Below are positions 1 through 10,394 of a DNA stretch of 64,000 bases, piece by piece. Location of the stretch: assembly GCA_963664815.2 (NCBI GenBank), contig CAXXHB010000003.1:3936001-4000000 (forward strand), read 5' to 3'. Position 1 is the first letter of the stretch; every line of letters begins with the position of its first letter. A model generated the notes under the pieces. It did not search any database. It had not been told where the DNA came from and saw nothing but the letters and a program-made list of their open reading frames with translations. Origin of the DNA: Spirochaetota bacterium (GTDB lineage: Bacteria; Spirochaetota; UBA4802; UBA5550). Made by a program: the position numbers and the translations under genes.

Positions 1-282
1 AAAAACCATTTTACCCTTTCGGATCATCATGGAATTCAACAATTCAAAAAACATTCTTATGATATATAAAATGTAACATTCTTGACAAAAAGCAATACTA
101 CTTCAAATGTCTAATACAGCAGTTAACGATTGATCCGGTAAAAACTTATCATACCTGAATATAATGTATTAAGTAAGCCCGGGCCCTGATGTTTCAAATC
201 ATTCGCTAAATGCCATAAAACAGATGTGCAGACAAAATTCAGCTTTTCTGCCTGTCTTAAAATTATCTTACCGGGTAAAAAA

Positions 283-1185
283 ATGAAATCAGATATCCTC
301 AACACAATAGGCAATACACCTCTCGTAAAAATAAACAGATTAAACCCGAACAAAGGTGTAACAATCCTTGCAAAACTGGAGGGATTCAACCCTACAGGGA
401 GCATAAAAGACAGGATAGCCCTGAAAATGATAGAACAGGCTGAAAAGGAGGGCAAACTGAAAAAAGGGCAGACTATCATTGAGCCTACATCAGGCAATAC
501 CGGCATAGGGCTTGCAATGATAGGAGCTGTAAAGGGATACAATGTTGAAATTGTAATGTCAAAATCTGTTTCGATAGAACGCCGTAAAATGATTCAGGCC
601 TTTGGAGCAACGATTATTCTTACGGATGAAAAATATGGCACTGATGGAGCTATAACCAGGGCCCGTGAACTAAAAGCGCAAAACCCTGATAAATATTTTA
701 TGCCGGACCAGTTTTCAAATGAATTCAATAAAATGGCCCACTATCGCACAACAGCAAATGAAATATGGAAACAGACAAAGGGTAAAATCGACTACTTTGT
801 TTCATCACTTGGTACATCAGGGACTATTATGGGTATTGGCAAATACCTGAAAGAGAAAAATCCGAAGATTAAAATTGTTTCGGCTCACCCGGAAAAGGGC
901 CACTATATACAGGGACTTAAAAACATGGAGGAAGCTATTGTCCCTGCGATCTATGATCCGTCAATGATTGACGAAACAATAATGATCGAAAGCAATAACG
1001 CCTTTGAAATGTCACGGCGTATAGTCAAAGAGGAGGGTATCTTCGTAGGGATGAGCAGCGGTGCCGCAATGATTGCCGCAATAGAGATAGCTAAATCAAT
1101 TAAAAAAGGTACCATTGTTGTAATCTTCGCTGACCGGGGAGAAAAATATCTGAGCACAGATCTTTTCAAGGTCGATGGCGACTGA
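283..1185 (+). CDS. Cysteine synthase (O-acetylserine sulfhydrylase, CysK/CysM family)
   Basis: IGNTPLV, NPTGSIKDR (PLP lysine), EPTSGNTG, GTSGT, DRGEKYLS motifs; in-frame ATG at 283 preferred to GTG at 226. Confidence 0.93.
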   Translation: MKSDILNTIGNTPLVKINRLNPNKGVTILAKLEGFNPTGSIKDRIALKMIEQAEKEGKLKKGQTIIEPTSGNTGIGLAMIGAVKGYNVEIVMSKSVSIERRKMIQAFGATIILTDEKYGTDGAITRARELKAQNPDKYFMPDQFSNEFNKMAHYRTTANEIWKQTKGKIDYFVSSLGTSGTIMGIGKYLKEKNPKIKIVSAHPEKGHYIQGLKNMEEAIVPAIYDPSMIDETIMIESNNAFEMSRRIVKEEGIFVGMSSGAAMIAAIEIAKSIKKGTIVVIFADRGEKYLSTDLFKVDGD

Positions 1186-1291
1186 CTTGGTGAAATCAAT
1201 AAAACAGAAATTGACTTATAAAAAAACTTGATCCCTGCCTTTTTATAAGTAATTTATATCCATGTGAAACCGGCACAACAGGGGATTTTAT

Positions 1292-1399
1292 ATGGAACCC
1301 GCAAAATCATTATCTCCGGAATTAAGAGAAGTTTTCAATTCATTCAGAAAAAAATATGGAATAGTCTTTATTCCTGATATTATATTAACTCCATCATAA
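1292..1399 (+). CDS. Candidate 35-aa small protein (MEPAKSLSPELREVFNSFRKKYGIVFIPDIILTPS)
   Basis: Hand-translated ATG..TAA ORF filling the intergenic gap, with GGGGA about 6 nt upstream; below the ORF-track size cut-off. Confidence 0.35.
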   Translation: MEPAKSLSPELREVFNSFRKKYGIVFIPDIILTPS

Positions 1400-1430
1400 A
1401 GATGGCATAACAGTCATTCGGGGTGTGGAT

Positions 1431-2225
1431 ATGCAATATATCGAAGTCAATGATTTAAAAATGTGCTATAAAATTCAGGGAACAGGGTTCCCTCTGGTGA
1501 TGATAACGGGATTTACTGCCAGCATGGATTGGTGGGATCCGGAAATGGTTGATTATCTATCCTCGAAATACCGCGTACTGATATTTGACAACCGTGGTGC
1601 CGGACGGACAGTAACGCCGGAGACGGGGGATTTCTCATGCGAAATGTTTGCCAGCGACACAGCCTCCCTGATGAATGAGCTTGGAATAGTTAAAGCTCAC
1701 ATATTCGGTTTTTCCATGGGTGGGGTAATTGCCCAGAAGCTGACTCTCCGGTACCCGGGAAAAACAGGCAAACTCATACTCGGAGGAACATTCTGTGGTG
1801 GAAAAGAGACCGTAATGCCTTCTCCTGAGGTTTTAAAGATATTGATGGACAGTAGCGGCGGCATTGAAGGAATTTTCAGCCGTACACAAAAACTCATGTT
1901 CACAGAGGAGTTTATCAAATCAAATCCGGGTTTTATCAAAGATTTCAGAAAGCGCTACATGTCAGCACCAATAAGCGCACGAAATACACGACGTCAGTTC
2001 ATCGCAAGCATGAAAACAGATACATTTGAAGATCTTCCCGGGATCAAATCCCCTGTGCTGGTTGTTACAGGGGGGAAGGATATACTCATTCCTCCGCGTA
2101 ATTCACATATCCTCGCCGGGAGGATTCCAGGTGCAAAATTAATTGAATATCCGGATGCAGGGCACAGTTTCATGAGCTCTGACAGCAAAAAGTTTATAAA
2201 GGACATGGTTGAGTTTCTGGGTTGA
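1431..2225 (+). CDS. Alpha/beta-fold hydrolase (PcaD/enol-lactonase or esterase-like)
   Basis: DNRGAGRT, GFSMGG nucleophile elbow, GGKD and AGH catalytic residues; start is ATG 1431 or GTG 1425. Confidence 0.88.
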   Translation: MQYIEVNDLKMCYKIQGTGFPLVMITGFTASMDWWDPEMVDYLSSKYRVLIFDNRGAGRTVTPETGDFSCEMFASDTASLMNELGIVKAHIFGFSMGGVIAQKLTLRYPGKTGKLILGGTFCGGKETVMPSPEVLKILMDSSGGIEGIFSRTQKLMFTEEFIKSNPGFIKDFRKRYMSAPISARNTRRQFIASMKTDTFEDLPGIKSPVLVVTGGKDILIPPRNSHILAGRIPGAKLIEYPDAGHSFMSSDSKKFIKDMVEFLG

Positions 2226-2404
2226 CATATATGTCCTGAAATTCACAATTTCTTTTCATCCATGAAACCATCGGGAAATTGACTGATTATCTCAGCAATT
2301 CAAATTATAATTACAACTTGACATATAATTTCCTGATTTCGTTTAATAGAGTTTAAAAAAGAGTTTCATAGAAAAGAAATAATTCAAACTTCCGTGGAGT
2401 TCCG

Positions 2405-4135
2405 ATGAATCTGATTAAAAGAATACAAGAATTTGATTATAATGAACATTATTATCTTTTCCTGATAATAGGGTTTTGTATATCACTCAGAGTTCTCACA
2501 CCGCAGATTATTGGTGCAGGCGGCGGAGATGCAGTCGAATCATGGGGAATGGCCCGCTGTTTATATTTCAATGCGGATTACTTTATAATACACCGTACCG
2601 CAAGATTTGGAACAATAATTCCCATCTACCTTACACAGCTTCTTTTCGGCACACATCCTCTGGTTTACTATATAGCCCCTGCAATTGCATCGGTGATTCA
2701 GATAATCTTTTTTTTTAAAATAGCTGATATTCTCAGAGGCAGGATCTTCGCGTTTGTCAGCAGCCTGATATTTCTCAGCTTCCCCCAGATGATACGTGAT
2801 GTGTCGCATCCAAGGGTCTCGGTTTTTTCATCCATGTTTTTTCTTATATCGTTATATTTCGCTTTAAAATTTTACATGGACTGCATGGACTGTACTGAAG
2901 AAAAAACAACTGATGGACCGGAATTAAAAGACCTTTTTATATCCGGGTTTAATGTTTTTCTTATGTACATGGCTAAAGAGGACAGCCTCTACTTTCTCCC
3001 GGCTCTTCTGCTGATAATTTTCATTAGCAGAAAAAAATTCTCTGACGTAGTTCTTTTCGGAATTCTGCCGTTTTCGCTTTTCCTCTCTGAAACACTTTTT
3101 TATTATCTGTTCACTGATTTCAAAATGGGACGATTATCTGTAGTTACTGCAAAGGAACATTTTGATACTATAACGCCGATCTGTCTATGGTACTCTCTAT
3201 TTGACCGATTCAGGGGAGAAAATCTGAGACCATACTTCAGATATCCTCTCATATTTTCGTTTATCGGAGGAGTTTATATCTGCTTAAAGCATAGATATAT
3301 TCTGAATAAACGTATTAATCCGGCAGTTTTCATTATAATTTCACTTTTCATATATGTTCTGCTTATGACATTTCTTGTTAAGAGCATTCATCCGCTTATT
3401 CCGCTCAATACTTTCAGAACCAGATATATGAATATAATTATCCCCCCGATGATTCTGATTATTATGTATACAATATTTGAATTGAATGCCGCCTGGAAAA
3501 AACCGGAATTTTTTATGAATCTGAGAAAAATATTCCCGTCATCCTTATCATCCTATAAGAAATTATTCTTACTCTTCTTTGTTATTATTTACACAATTAT
3601 TACAGCTTACACTTTTTTTATCGTATACAAAAAGAGTTCTTATAAAGGCAGGGAGATAAGTTATGCTGAGCTCCATCCGTTCCATCTTGTTAATAATTAT
3701 TACCGCATCATAAACAGACAATATAATTCCGGGAAACCATTTATTATACGCGAAGTAAAAGAGGAAGGTAAACGATTTGCTGATTTTGTAAAAACTATTG
3801 ATGATTGGATTGATTCCGGAATGACTGTTGAACAAGCATGTAAAAAGTGCAGTATTACAGATAAACTATACCTGTCATATCAGGAAAAAGCTGAAGAGAC
3901 CATAACTTATCCGGCGGAAGACTATCTGACACCAATCTTCCTGCATCCGGATAACAATATATCCGGGCTCGCTCATTTTGCGCTGATATTAAGAGGAAAA
4001 GTTTACAGATTCTACTATAACAGCCGCCTTACAGATATGAAAAAAATTATCCGGGAAATAAAAAGCGGAGAAACCGTGTATCCCGAAATTGTGGATTCTC
4101 CACTTGAAATAATCTTTACTGATGTTGCAGAATAA
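2405..4135 (+). CDS. Polytopic membrane protein, probable GT-C (ArnT/PMT-like) glycosyltransferase
   Basis: About 11-13 hydrophobic helices, acidic GD motif after TM1, AKE motif, late RY motif, soluble C-terminus; lies next to flippase-like and GT2 genes. Confidence 0.6.
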   Translation: MNLIKRIQEFDYNEHYYLFLIIGFCISLRVLTPQIIGAGGGDAVESWGMARCLYFNADYFIIHRTARFGTIIPIYLTQLLFGTHPLVYYIAPAIASVIQIIFFFKIADILRGRIFAFVSSLIFLSFPQMIRDVSHPRVSVFSSMFFLISLYFALKFYMDCMDCTEEKTTDGPELKDLFISGFNVFLMYMAKEDSLYFLPALLLIIFISRKKFSDVVLFGILPFSLFLSETLFYYLFTDFKMGRLSVVTAKEHFDTITPICLWYSLFDRFRGENLRPYFRYPLIFSFIGGVYICLKHRYILNKRINPAVFIIISLFIYVLLMTFLVKSIHPLIPLNTFRTRYMNIIIPPMILIIMYTIFELNAAWKKPEFFMNLRKIFPSSLSSYKKLFLLFFVIIYTIITAYTFFIVYKKSSYKGREISYAELHPFHLVNNYYRIINRQYNSGKPFIIREVKEEGKRFADFVKTIDDWIDSGMTVEQACKKCSITDKLYLSYQEKAEETITYPAEDYLTPIFLHPDNNISGLAHFALILRGKVYRFYYNSRLTDMKKIIREIKSGETVYPEIVDSPLEIIFTDVAE

Positions 4136-4293
4136 AACAGCTTAGTTGAAACAGTTATATTTAAATTTTACTTATTAATACACGGATTTATTTTAATTTG
4201 ACAAACCTTTCCGGTTATTATAAAAGATTAAGCCGAGAATATAATTGATATTGATAAATTTAAAATTAAAAGAGAGCAATAATTTATATAAAA

Positions 4294-5250
4294 ATGAACA
4301 ACAGAATATTAAAAATTATAAGCTATTTCCTGGTTGCAGTATCCTTCATCTTTATAATTAAAGCTCTTGCCGGATTAAATATAAATCAGATCGGATTGAT
4401 TTTAACTCCTTATCGTTTAATTCTTCTGTTTATAATGTCTTTTGTTTATTCCCTGAACACTATTTTTTTTGCATTTGCATGGAAAAGACTGTTGTTCGTT
4501 TTTTCAAAGCATAAAATATCTTCCAGGACAATAATAAATCTCTATTTAAAATCAAATATTGCAAAATATCTTCCAGGGAATGTATTTCACTTTGCCGGAA
4601 GACATATTCTTGTAAAAGAAAAAAAAGTCTCCCATTCTCATCTTCTGCTTGCAAACCTGTCAGAAATCATTCTTCTGATTCTATCATCAATCCTGATAAT
4701 TGTCGCAGGATTGATACTCGGACTCATAACTATACCTGAAAAAGTTATTTCTTTGATATCATTGAAATATTTTATCATTGCTTTTATCATTTTAACAGTG
4801 ATTACTCTGATTGTCTTATTATTTCTTATCAGGAAAAATCAATTCAGCCGGATTACGAGCATTATTAAAATAATCAATATTGTGAATCTAAAGGAAATAA
4901 TTTTATCAATGCTTTTTTATTCAACGATGTTTATCATATCCGGCTTTATTCTTTTCTCTGTCTTTTACATGTTAAAACCGCAGAGTTTCTCATCCTATTT
5001 ATTATATCAGATAATTTTTGTATTTACTCTGTCATGGGTAATCGGTTATATTGTTCCCGGCGCACCGGGTGGAGTAGGTATAAGAGAAGCCATATTGATA
5101 ATAATGCTGTCTCCGACTTTCGGAAATCAGACTGCTGCTCTGGGTTCATTGATATTGCGCATCGTGACAATTTTCGGAGACGTTATCTCTTTTGTAATTT
5201 CAAATCATAAATTTTTCAATAATCCCAAAGCAAAGGTAAAAAATCCATGA
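4294..5250 (+). CDS. Lysylphosphatidylglycerol synthase TM-domain / flippase-like protein (YbhN family)
   Basis: KYLPGN and PGAPGGVGIREA motifs; multiple TM helices. Confidence 0.85.
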   Translation: MNNRILKIISYFLVAVSFIFIIKALAGLNINQIGLILTPYRLILLFIMSFVYSLNTIFFAFAWKRLLFVFSKHKISSRTIINLYLKSNIAKYLPGNVFHFAGRHILVKEKKVSHSHLLLANLSEIILLILSSILIIVAGLILGLITIPEKVISLISLKYFIIAFIILTVITLIVLLFLIRKNQFSRITSIIKIINIVNLKEIILSMLFYSTMFIISGFILFSVFYMLKPQSFSSYLLYQIIFVFTLSWVIGYIVPGAPGGVGIREAILIIMLSPTFGNQTAALGSLILRIVTIFGDVISFVISNHKFFNNPKAKVKNP

Positions 5251-6140
5251 GTGAAAACAATCTTACTGTAATTATTCCGGCCTATAACGAAAAAAATTCA
5301 ATTATACCGACTATTGAACAGATACTTTTATTAATGAATAACTCTAAAATTAATTACGAATTGATTATTGTAAATGATGGGTCTACAGATGGGACAAAAG
5401 ATCTTCTTGAAGATTATCAAAAAAAATCCAAAAATAAAAAAATATCTATATATCATCATAATCCGAATAAAGGATACGGCGCAAGCCTTAAAACCGGAAT
5501 AAGGAAAGCAAAATTCGACAATATATGCATAACTGATGCAGATCAAACATATCCGAATGATCAAATACCTGTTATGTTCAGGATTTATACAGAAAAGGAA
5601 CTTGATATGATAGTTGGTAAAAGAGACTTTAAAAAACTTCCAACCATCACTAAACCGGCCAAGTGGTTTATCAGTTCACTGGCAAATTTTCTTCTTAACT
5701 CTAAAATACCCGACTTAAATTCCGGTTTAAGAATTTTTAAAAAAAATATTTCGATGAAATATTTTCCAATCATATGCGACGGATTCAGTTTCACAACTAC
5801 AATCACTCTGGCAATGATTTCCAATCATTACAGCGTGGAATACCACCCGATTGAATACTTCGAGAGAGAGGGTAAATCCAAAATAAAACCGGTAAGAGAT
5901 ACTCTTAACTTTATTCAGTTGATAATCAGAACAATTCTATATTTCAATCCTTTAAAAATATTTGTTCCCGCAAGTCTTCTGATTTTATTTGTTTCAACAG
6001 TCTTCTTTATTATGGGGAAAATGCATTTTTTCTTCAGGAAAATGCCCAGTGATTCGATAACAATTCTTGTCGTCTGCAGTATACAGATTCTGGCAACCGG
6101 CTTTCTTGCTGACCTCATAGATAAACGACTGGACATGTAA
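5247..6140 (+). CDS. GT2 polyprenol-phosphate glycosyltransferase (DPM1/GtrB-like)
   Basis: IIPAYNE, VNDGSTDGT, NKGYG, DAD, DLNSGLR, REGKSK motifs; two C-terminal TM helices; 4-bp overlap with upstream gene. Confidence 0.9.
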   Translation: MSENNLTVIIPAYNEKNSIIPTIEQILLLMNNSKINYELIIVNDGSTDGTKDLLEDYQKKSKNKKISIYHHNPNKGYGASLKTGIRKAKFDNICITDADQTYPNDQIPVMFRIYTEKELDMIVGKRDFKKLPTITKPAKWFISSLANFLLNSKIPDLNSGLRIFKKNISMKYFPIICDGFSFTTTITLAMISNHYSVEYHPIEYFEREGKSKIKPVRDTLNFIQLIIRTILYFNPLKIFVPASLLILFVSTVFFIMGKMHFFFRKMPSDSITILVVCSIQILATGFLADLIDKRLDM

Positions 6141-6160
6141 AACACTGGAGTAGCAACGAG

Positions 6161-6200
6161 ATCAAGCCTTCTCCTCACCGGTCGGAGGCTTGATACATTT
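6161..6200 (+). terminator. Rho-independent terminator
   Basis: ATCAAGCCTT...GAGGCTTGAT stem followed by a T-rich tract just after the GT2 stop. Confidence 0.6.
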
Positions 6201-6443
6201 TTCCGGATAAAAAACCCTCTCTAATACCGATTTTTATTTTTTTTAGTTTTTTTATTGCCATATTTTAACATTCAATCAATCATTCAATCATTGATAAATA
6301 TTTTACAATACTGACTCCATAATAATAGGTTTACTATGGAAGGAAATGCGGTATAATTTTAAATTCCGCTTTATTTGCAGTACAATCCGTTTATAATTAT
6401 AAAATATGTAATTAATACATAATCAGTAATTCGTTAGAGAGGT

Positions 6444-7625
6444 ATGGTCATGAATGACTTTCTGATTTTCGATGGCATATCTAAAAGTTTCGGTAATCAT
6501 AAAGTTCTTGATAACATCTCACTAACTGTAAAAAAAGGGGAAATATTCTCCCTGCTCGGCCCAAGCGGCTGCGGCAAGACAACCCTTCTCAGAATATGTG
6601 CCGGATTTGAAGAACCCGATTCAGGAAGAATTATACTCAACGGTACAGACATAACAAAGCTTAGCCCCAATAAACGACAGGTGAATACTGTTTTCCAGAA
6701 CTATGCGTTATTTCCGAACCTAAATGTTTTTGAAAACATCGCATTCGGTCTTCGCGTTGCAGGCATTAAGGAATCAGAACTAAAAAATGAGGTCTATAAA
6801 TTCCTCGAGCTTATACAGCTCACCGATCATGCATCAAAGAAACCCGATAAACTAAGCGGCGGTCAGAAACAGCGGGTAGCCATCGCACGCGCGCTTATCA
6901 ACAAACCGAATGTTCTGCTTCTTGACGAACCTCTTGCGGCACTTGACCTTAAATTGCGTCAGAGGATGCTTGTTGACCTTGATAATATACATGACGAAGT
7001 GGGAATTACATTCTTATATGTTACACATGACCAGAGCGAGGCAATGAGCCTAAGTGATAACATTGCTGTCATTAATGATGGGACAGTGGAACAGGTAGGT
7101 ACTCCAACGGAGATATATGAAGCCCCCCGGACAAGTTTCGTTGCCGCATTTATCGGCGATACTAATTTCTTTGAGGGTGATATTATTGAAGTTGATGAAC
7201 CCTACAGCAAACTCAGGATTGACGGCTTTACAGATGTGCTGGTTTATAATGACAAAAAAATAAAAAACGGTGATAAGGTATACTTAAGCATAAGGCCGGA
7301 GAAATTTACTCTTTCTCTTGAAAAACCGGTTCTATCCGAAAAATATAATCTTGCGAAAGGAAAAGTTGAAGAGATAATCTATCTTGGATATCATACAAAG
7401 TACTGGATAAGAGTAAACGAGTTTCTAGTAGAGACGAAGAGGCTGCATGACAGGTATATGCTTGATGAAAAGATGATTACCTGGGGAGATGAGATATGGT
7501 TATCATGGCATGCCGACTACTGTTATATGCTTGAACAGTATAACTATGAAGACGAAGCGCTCCTCACCCTCCCGGATGAGGAGATAATGGCCGAACTGGA
7601 AAACGAATCCTCAGAGGAAGAGTAA
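6444..7625 (+). CDS. potA: Spermidine/putrescine ABC transporter ATPase
   Basis: GPSGCGKT Walker A, VNTVFQNYALFP, LSGGQKQR, LLLDEP, C-terminal TOBE region. Confidence 0.93.
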   Translation: MVMNDFLIFDGISKSFGNHKVLDNISLTVKKGEIFSLLGPSGCGKTTLLRICAGFEEPDSGRIILNGTDITKLSPNKRQVNTVFQNYALFPNLNVFENIAFGLRVAGIKESELKNEVYKFLELIQLTDHASKKPDKLSGGQKQRVAIARALINKPNVLLLDEPLAALDLKLRQRMLVDLDNIHDEVGITFLYVTHDQSEAMSLSDNIAVINDGTVEQVGTPTEIYEAPRTSFVAAFIGDTNFFEGDIIEVDEPYSKLRIDGFTDVLVYNDKKIKNGDKVYLSIRPEKFTLSLEKPVLSEKYNLAKGKVEEIIYLGYHTKYWIRVNEFLVETKRLHDRYMLDEKMITWGDEIWLSWHADYCYMLEQYNYEDEALLTLPDEEIMAELENESSEEE

Positions 7626-7642
7626 AAGAACCGGTAAAAAAT

Positions 7643-8512
7643 ATGCAGAAAAATATGCGAAGAAAAAATGAAATTTTACTTACCCTGCCTTCAATGGGGT
7701 GGCTGGTAATTTTTTTTGTTATCCCGACAATTCTTGTTATCGCCATGGCATTTCGCAACGCCGATCCCTATGGCGGAATCGGGGACCAGTGGACATTTGA
7801 TACAATACGCGATCTGAGAAACCCTGACTACCCGTCAATTATCTGGCGCACATTATGGCTCAGCGTAGTGTCAACTGCAATCTGTATTATCACCGCAATC
7901 CCTGCAAGCTATTACATTTCACAGGTTCGTAAAAAAATCCAGGATATCATTCTTCTTCTGATAATAGTACCTTTCTGGATAAACTTTCTTATAAGAATAT
8001 TCGCATGGAAGGTCTTCCTTCATCCTGAAGGTTTATTCAAACAGATCCTTACAACTCTTCATATAGTGAATCCCGATACCCTGCTGCTTTACAGGCCGGG
8101 AGCAGTACTCATTGTAATAGTTTATTCATATCTTCCTTTCGCCCTGCTTCCAATATACGCTGCCGCGGAGAAATTCGATTTTCACCTGATGGAAGCGGCT
8201 TACGACCTGGGGGCGAATCGATTTCAGGCTTTTACAAGAGTTTATCTCCCGGGGATCAGAATGGGACTTCTTACCGCAATCATAGTTGTATTCATACCGG
8301 CTCTCGGTTCATACGTGATACCGGATATTGTCGGCGGACCATCCTCCGAGATGATAGGAAATAAAATTGCACAAAGAACTTTCATCGACAGGAACCTTCC
8401 GCATGCCAGCGCCCTGTCAGCTCTCCTTACATTCGCGGTTATACTTCCTGCGGCAATTGCACTTACAAGAAAATTTTTTAAAGAAAAAAATTCTGCATCT
8501 CTGGGAATATAA
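7643..8512 (+). CDS. potB: Spermidine/putrescine ABC transporter permease
   Basis: PFWINFLIR, EAAYDLGA EAA loop; operon position. Confidence 0.9.
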   Translation: MQKNMRRKNEILLTLPSMGWLVIFFVIPTILVIAMAFRNADPYGGIGDQWTFDTIRDLRNPDYPSIIWRTLWLSVVSTAICIITAIPASYYISQVRKKIQDIILLLIIVPFWINFLIRIFAWKVFLHPEGLFKQILTTLHIVNPDTLLLYRPGAVLIVIVYSYLPFALLPIYAAAEKFDFHLMEAAYDLGANRFQAFTRVYLPGIRMGLLTAIIVVFIPALGSYVIPDIVGGPSSEMIGNKIAQRTFIDRNLPHASALSALLTFAVILPAAIALTRKFFKEKNSASLGI

Positions 8513-8514
8513 GA

Positions 8515-9285
8515 ATGAGAAAAAGCCGCTTTCCATTATACATCACAATTGCAATACTTGTATTTTTTTATCTTCCGATAATTATAGTATTTGGTCAGTC
8601 TTTTAACGCCTCAAGATTTGGAGGCACATGGAAGGGATTTACTTTTAACTGGTATTATAAATTATTTTCCGATAAGAACATCTGGCATGCACTTACAAAT
8701 ACTCTTATCATTGCAATGAGTTCAACTACTGTATCTGTAATAGCAGGAACACTGGCGGCATTTGCTCTTTATAAATATAAAACAAAGCTCCAGGTAAGTC
8801 ACAATATCCTCATATATTTTCCGCTTGTAATTCCTGATATACTTATGGGCATAAGCCTTCTTTTATTTTTCGTTTCACTTAAGATCGGTCTGGGGCTTAC
8901 GACAATATTTCTGGCTCATGTAACATTCAGCATGAGTTACGTCGCCATGGTTGTTCTTGGCCGGTTCCAGGATTTTGATTATTCAATAATGGAAGCCGCG
9001 CTTGATCTCGGTGCCACATGGTGGACAGCGTTAAGAAAAATAATGATACCGTACCTGATGCCGGGAATTGCAGCTGGCGGACTTCTTGCGTTTACTCTTT
9101 CGCTCGATGATTTTGTTATAACATTTTTTGTATCGGGGCCCGATTCAACCACACTCCCCCTTTACATATACAGCATGATGAGACATGGATCACCTTCCGT
9201 GATTAATGCTCTGTCGGTTTTAATGGTCGCATTCACATTTGTTGTCGTATTTATAAGTAAAAAACTTCTGGAGGCTGAAGAATGA
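8515..9285 (+). CDS. potC: Spermidine/putrescine ABC transporter permease
   Basis: FFYLPI, EAALDLGA, FTLSLDDFVITFF, TLPLYIYS. Confidence 0.92.
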   Translation: MRKSRFPLYITIAILVFFYLPIIIVFGQSFNASRFGGTWKGFTFNWYYKLFSDKNIWHALTNTLIIAMSSTTVSVIAGTLAAFALYKYKTKLQVSHNILIYFPLVIPDILMGISLLLFFVSLKIGLGLTTIFLAHVTFSMSYVAMVVLGRFQDFDYSIMEAALDLGATWWTALRKIMIPYLMPGIAAGGLLAFTLSLDDFVITFFVSGPDSTTLPLYIYSMMRHGSPSVINALSVLMVAFTFVVVFISKKLLEAEE

Positions 9286-10319
9286 GAAGAAAGGTTATCG
9301 CACTGTTTTCCCTGGTAATGATCACACTATCCCTGCTTACTTGCGGGAAAGGGAAAGAGACTCTCCATATTTACAACTGGGCAGATTATATGAATCCTGC
9401 AGTAATTTCTAAGTTTGAAAAGAAATATAACTGTACGGTTGTAATGAACTATTTTGACTCAAATGAGGCGCTATATGCAAAACTAAAAGCCGGTGCTTCA
9501 GGCTATGATATTCTCTTTCCATCCGGATACATGGCAAAACTAATGTATGAACAGAAGATGATCAAAGATATTGATCACTCTAAACTGAAAAACCTTAAAA
9601 ATCTTGATATCCCTTTTATAAAGAAGGCACTGGATCCTGAGCTTAAATACAGCGTTCCATACATGATAACATATTGCGGTATAGCATATAACAAAAAGAA
9701 AGTAAAGAATTTCAAACCATCCTGGTCGATGTATGACAGGACGGATATTGCAGGACGAATGACCCTTCTCAATGACCTGCGGGAGGTTATAGGTGCTGCA
9801 TTAAAGTTCAACGGTTATAATTACAACTCGGTAAATGACGCCGAGCTGGAAAAAGCAAAGGAAACTGTTATAAAGTGGAAAAAAAATATTGCAAAATTTG
9901 ATGTAGATGAGGCCAAACGCGGCCTGTCATCAGGTGAATTTTTTCTTATACAGGTATATAATGGTGATGCGATTCAGCTGATCAATGAAAATGCAGATAT
10001 TGCCTTCGCATTACCGGCAGAAGGAACATCAATCAGTCAGGATGATTTTGTTATACCGGAAAGCTCAAAGAATGTCGAACTTGCATATAAGTTTATAGAT
10101 TTTCTCCTCGAACCTGAAAACGCAAAAGACAATATGGAATTTGTATATTACCTCTCTCCGAACCTTGAAGCACAGAAACTCATGAGTAAAAATTTTATGA
10201 CTGACCCGGCAATCAATCCGCCTGCTGAAGTACTTAAAAAATGTAATTACCTCATGGATCTTGGAAAAGATAATATAAAGTACTCGGTATTGTGGGATAA
10301 GATCAAGTCTTCAAAGTAA
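9282..10319 (+). CDS. potD: Spermidine/putrescine-binding lipoprotein
   Basis: Signal peptide with LLTC lipobox; YNWADY, FDSNEALYAKL, YDILFPS. Confidence 0.9.
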   Translation: MRRKVIALFSLVMITLSLLTCGKGKETLHIYNWADYMNPAVISKFEKKYNCTVVMNYFDSNEALYAKLKAGASGYDILFPSGYMAKLMYEQKMIKDIDHSKLKNLKNLDIPFIKKALDPELKYSVPYMITYCGIAYNKKKVKNFKPSWSMYDRTDIAGRMTLLNDLREVIGAALKFNGYNYNSVNDAELEKAKETVIKWKKNIAKFDVDEAKRGLSSGEFFLIQVYNGDAIQLINENADIAFALPAEGTSISQDDFVIPESSKNVELAYKFIDFLLEPENAKDNMEFVYYLSPNLEAQKLMSKNFMTDPAINPPAEVLKKCNYLMDLGKDNIKYSVLWDKIKSSK

Positions 10320-10357
10320 GTTTTTTAATCATAAAGCTGCCGCAAAACAGGTTAAGA

Positions 10358-10388
10358 TATTCTGCCGGCCTTACAGGCCGGCAGAATA
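10358..10388. terminator. Bidirectional terminator between potD and the ALDH-ADH gene
   Basis: Perfect 14-bp inverted repeat TATTCTGCCGGCCT-tac-AGGCCGGCAGAATA between convergent genes. Confidence 0.8.
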
Positions 10389-10394
10389 AATCAT

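Noticed and set aside
144-250. Possible SAM-I riboswitch upstream of cysteine synthase (CTTATC...GGGCCCTGATG)
   Set aside because: Lacks the AAGAG, GAGGGA, GCAACC and GTGC-AATTCC core elements and a closing P1 strand.
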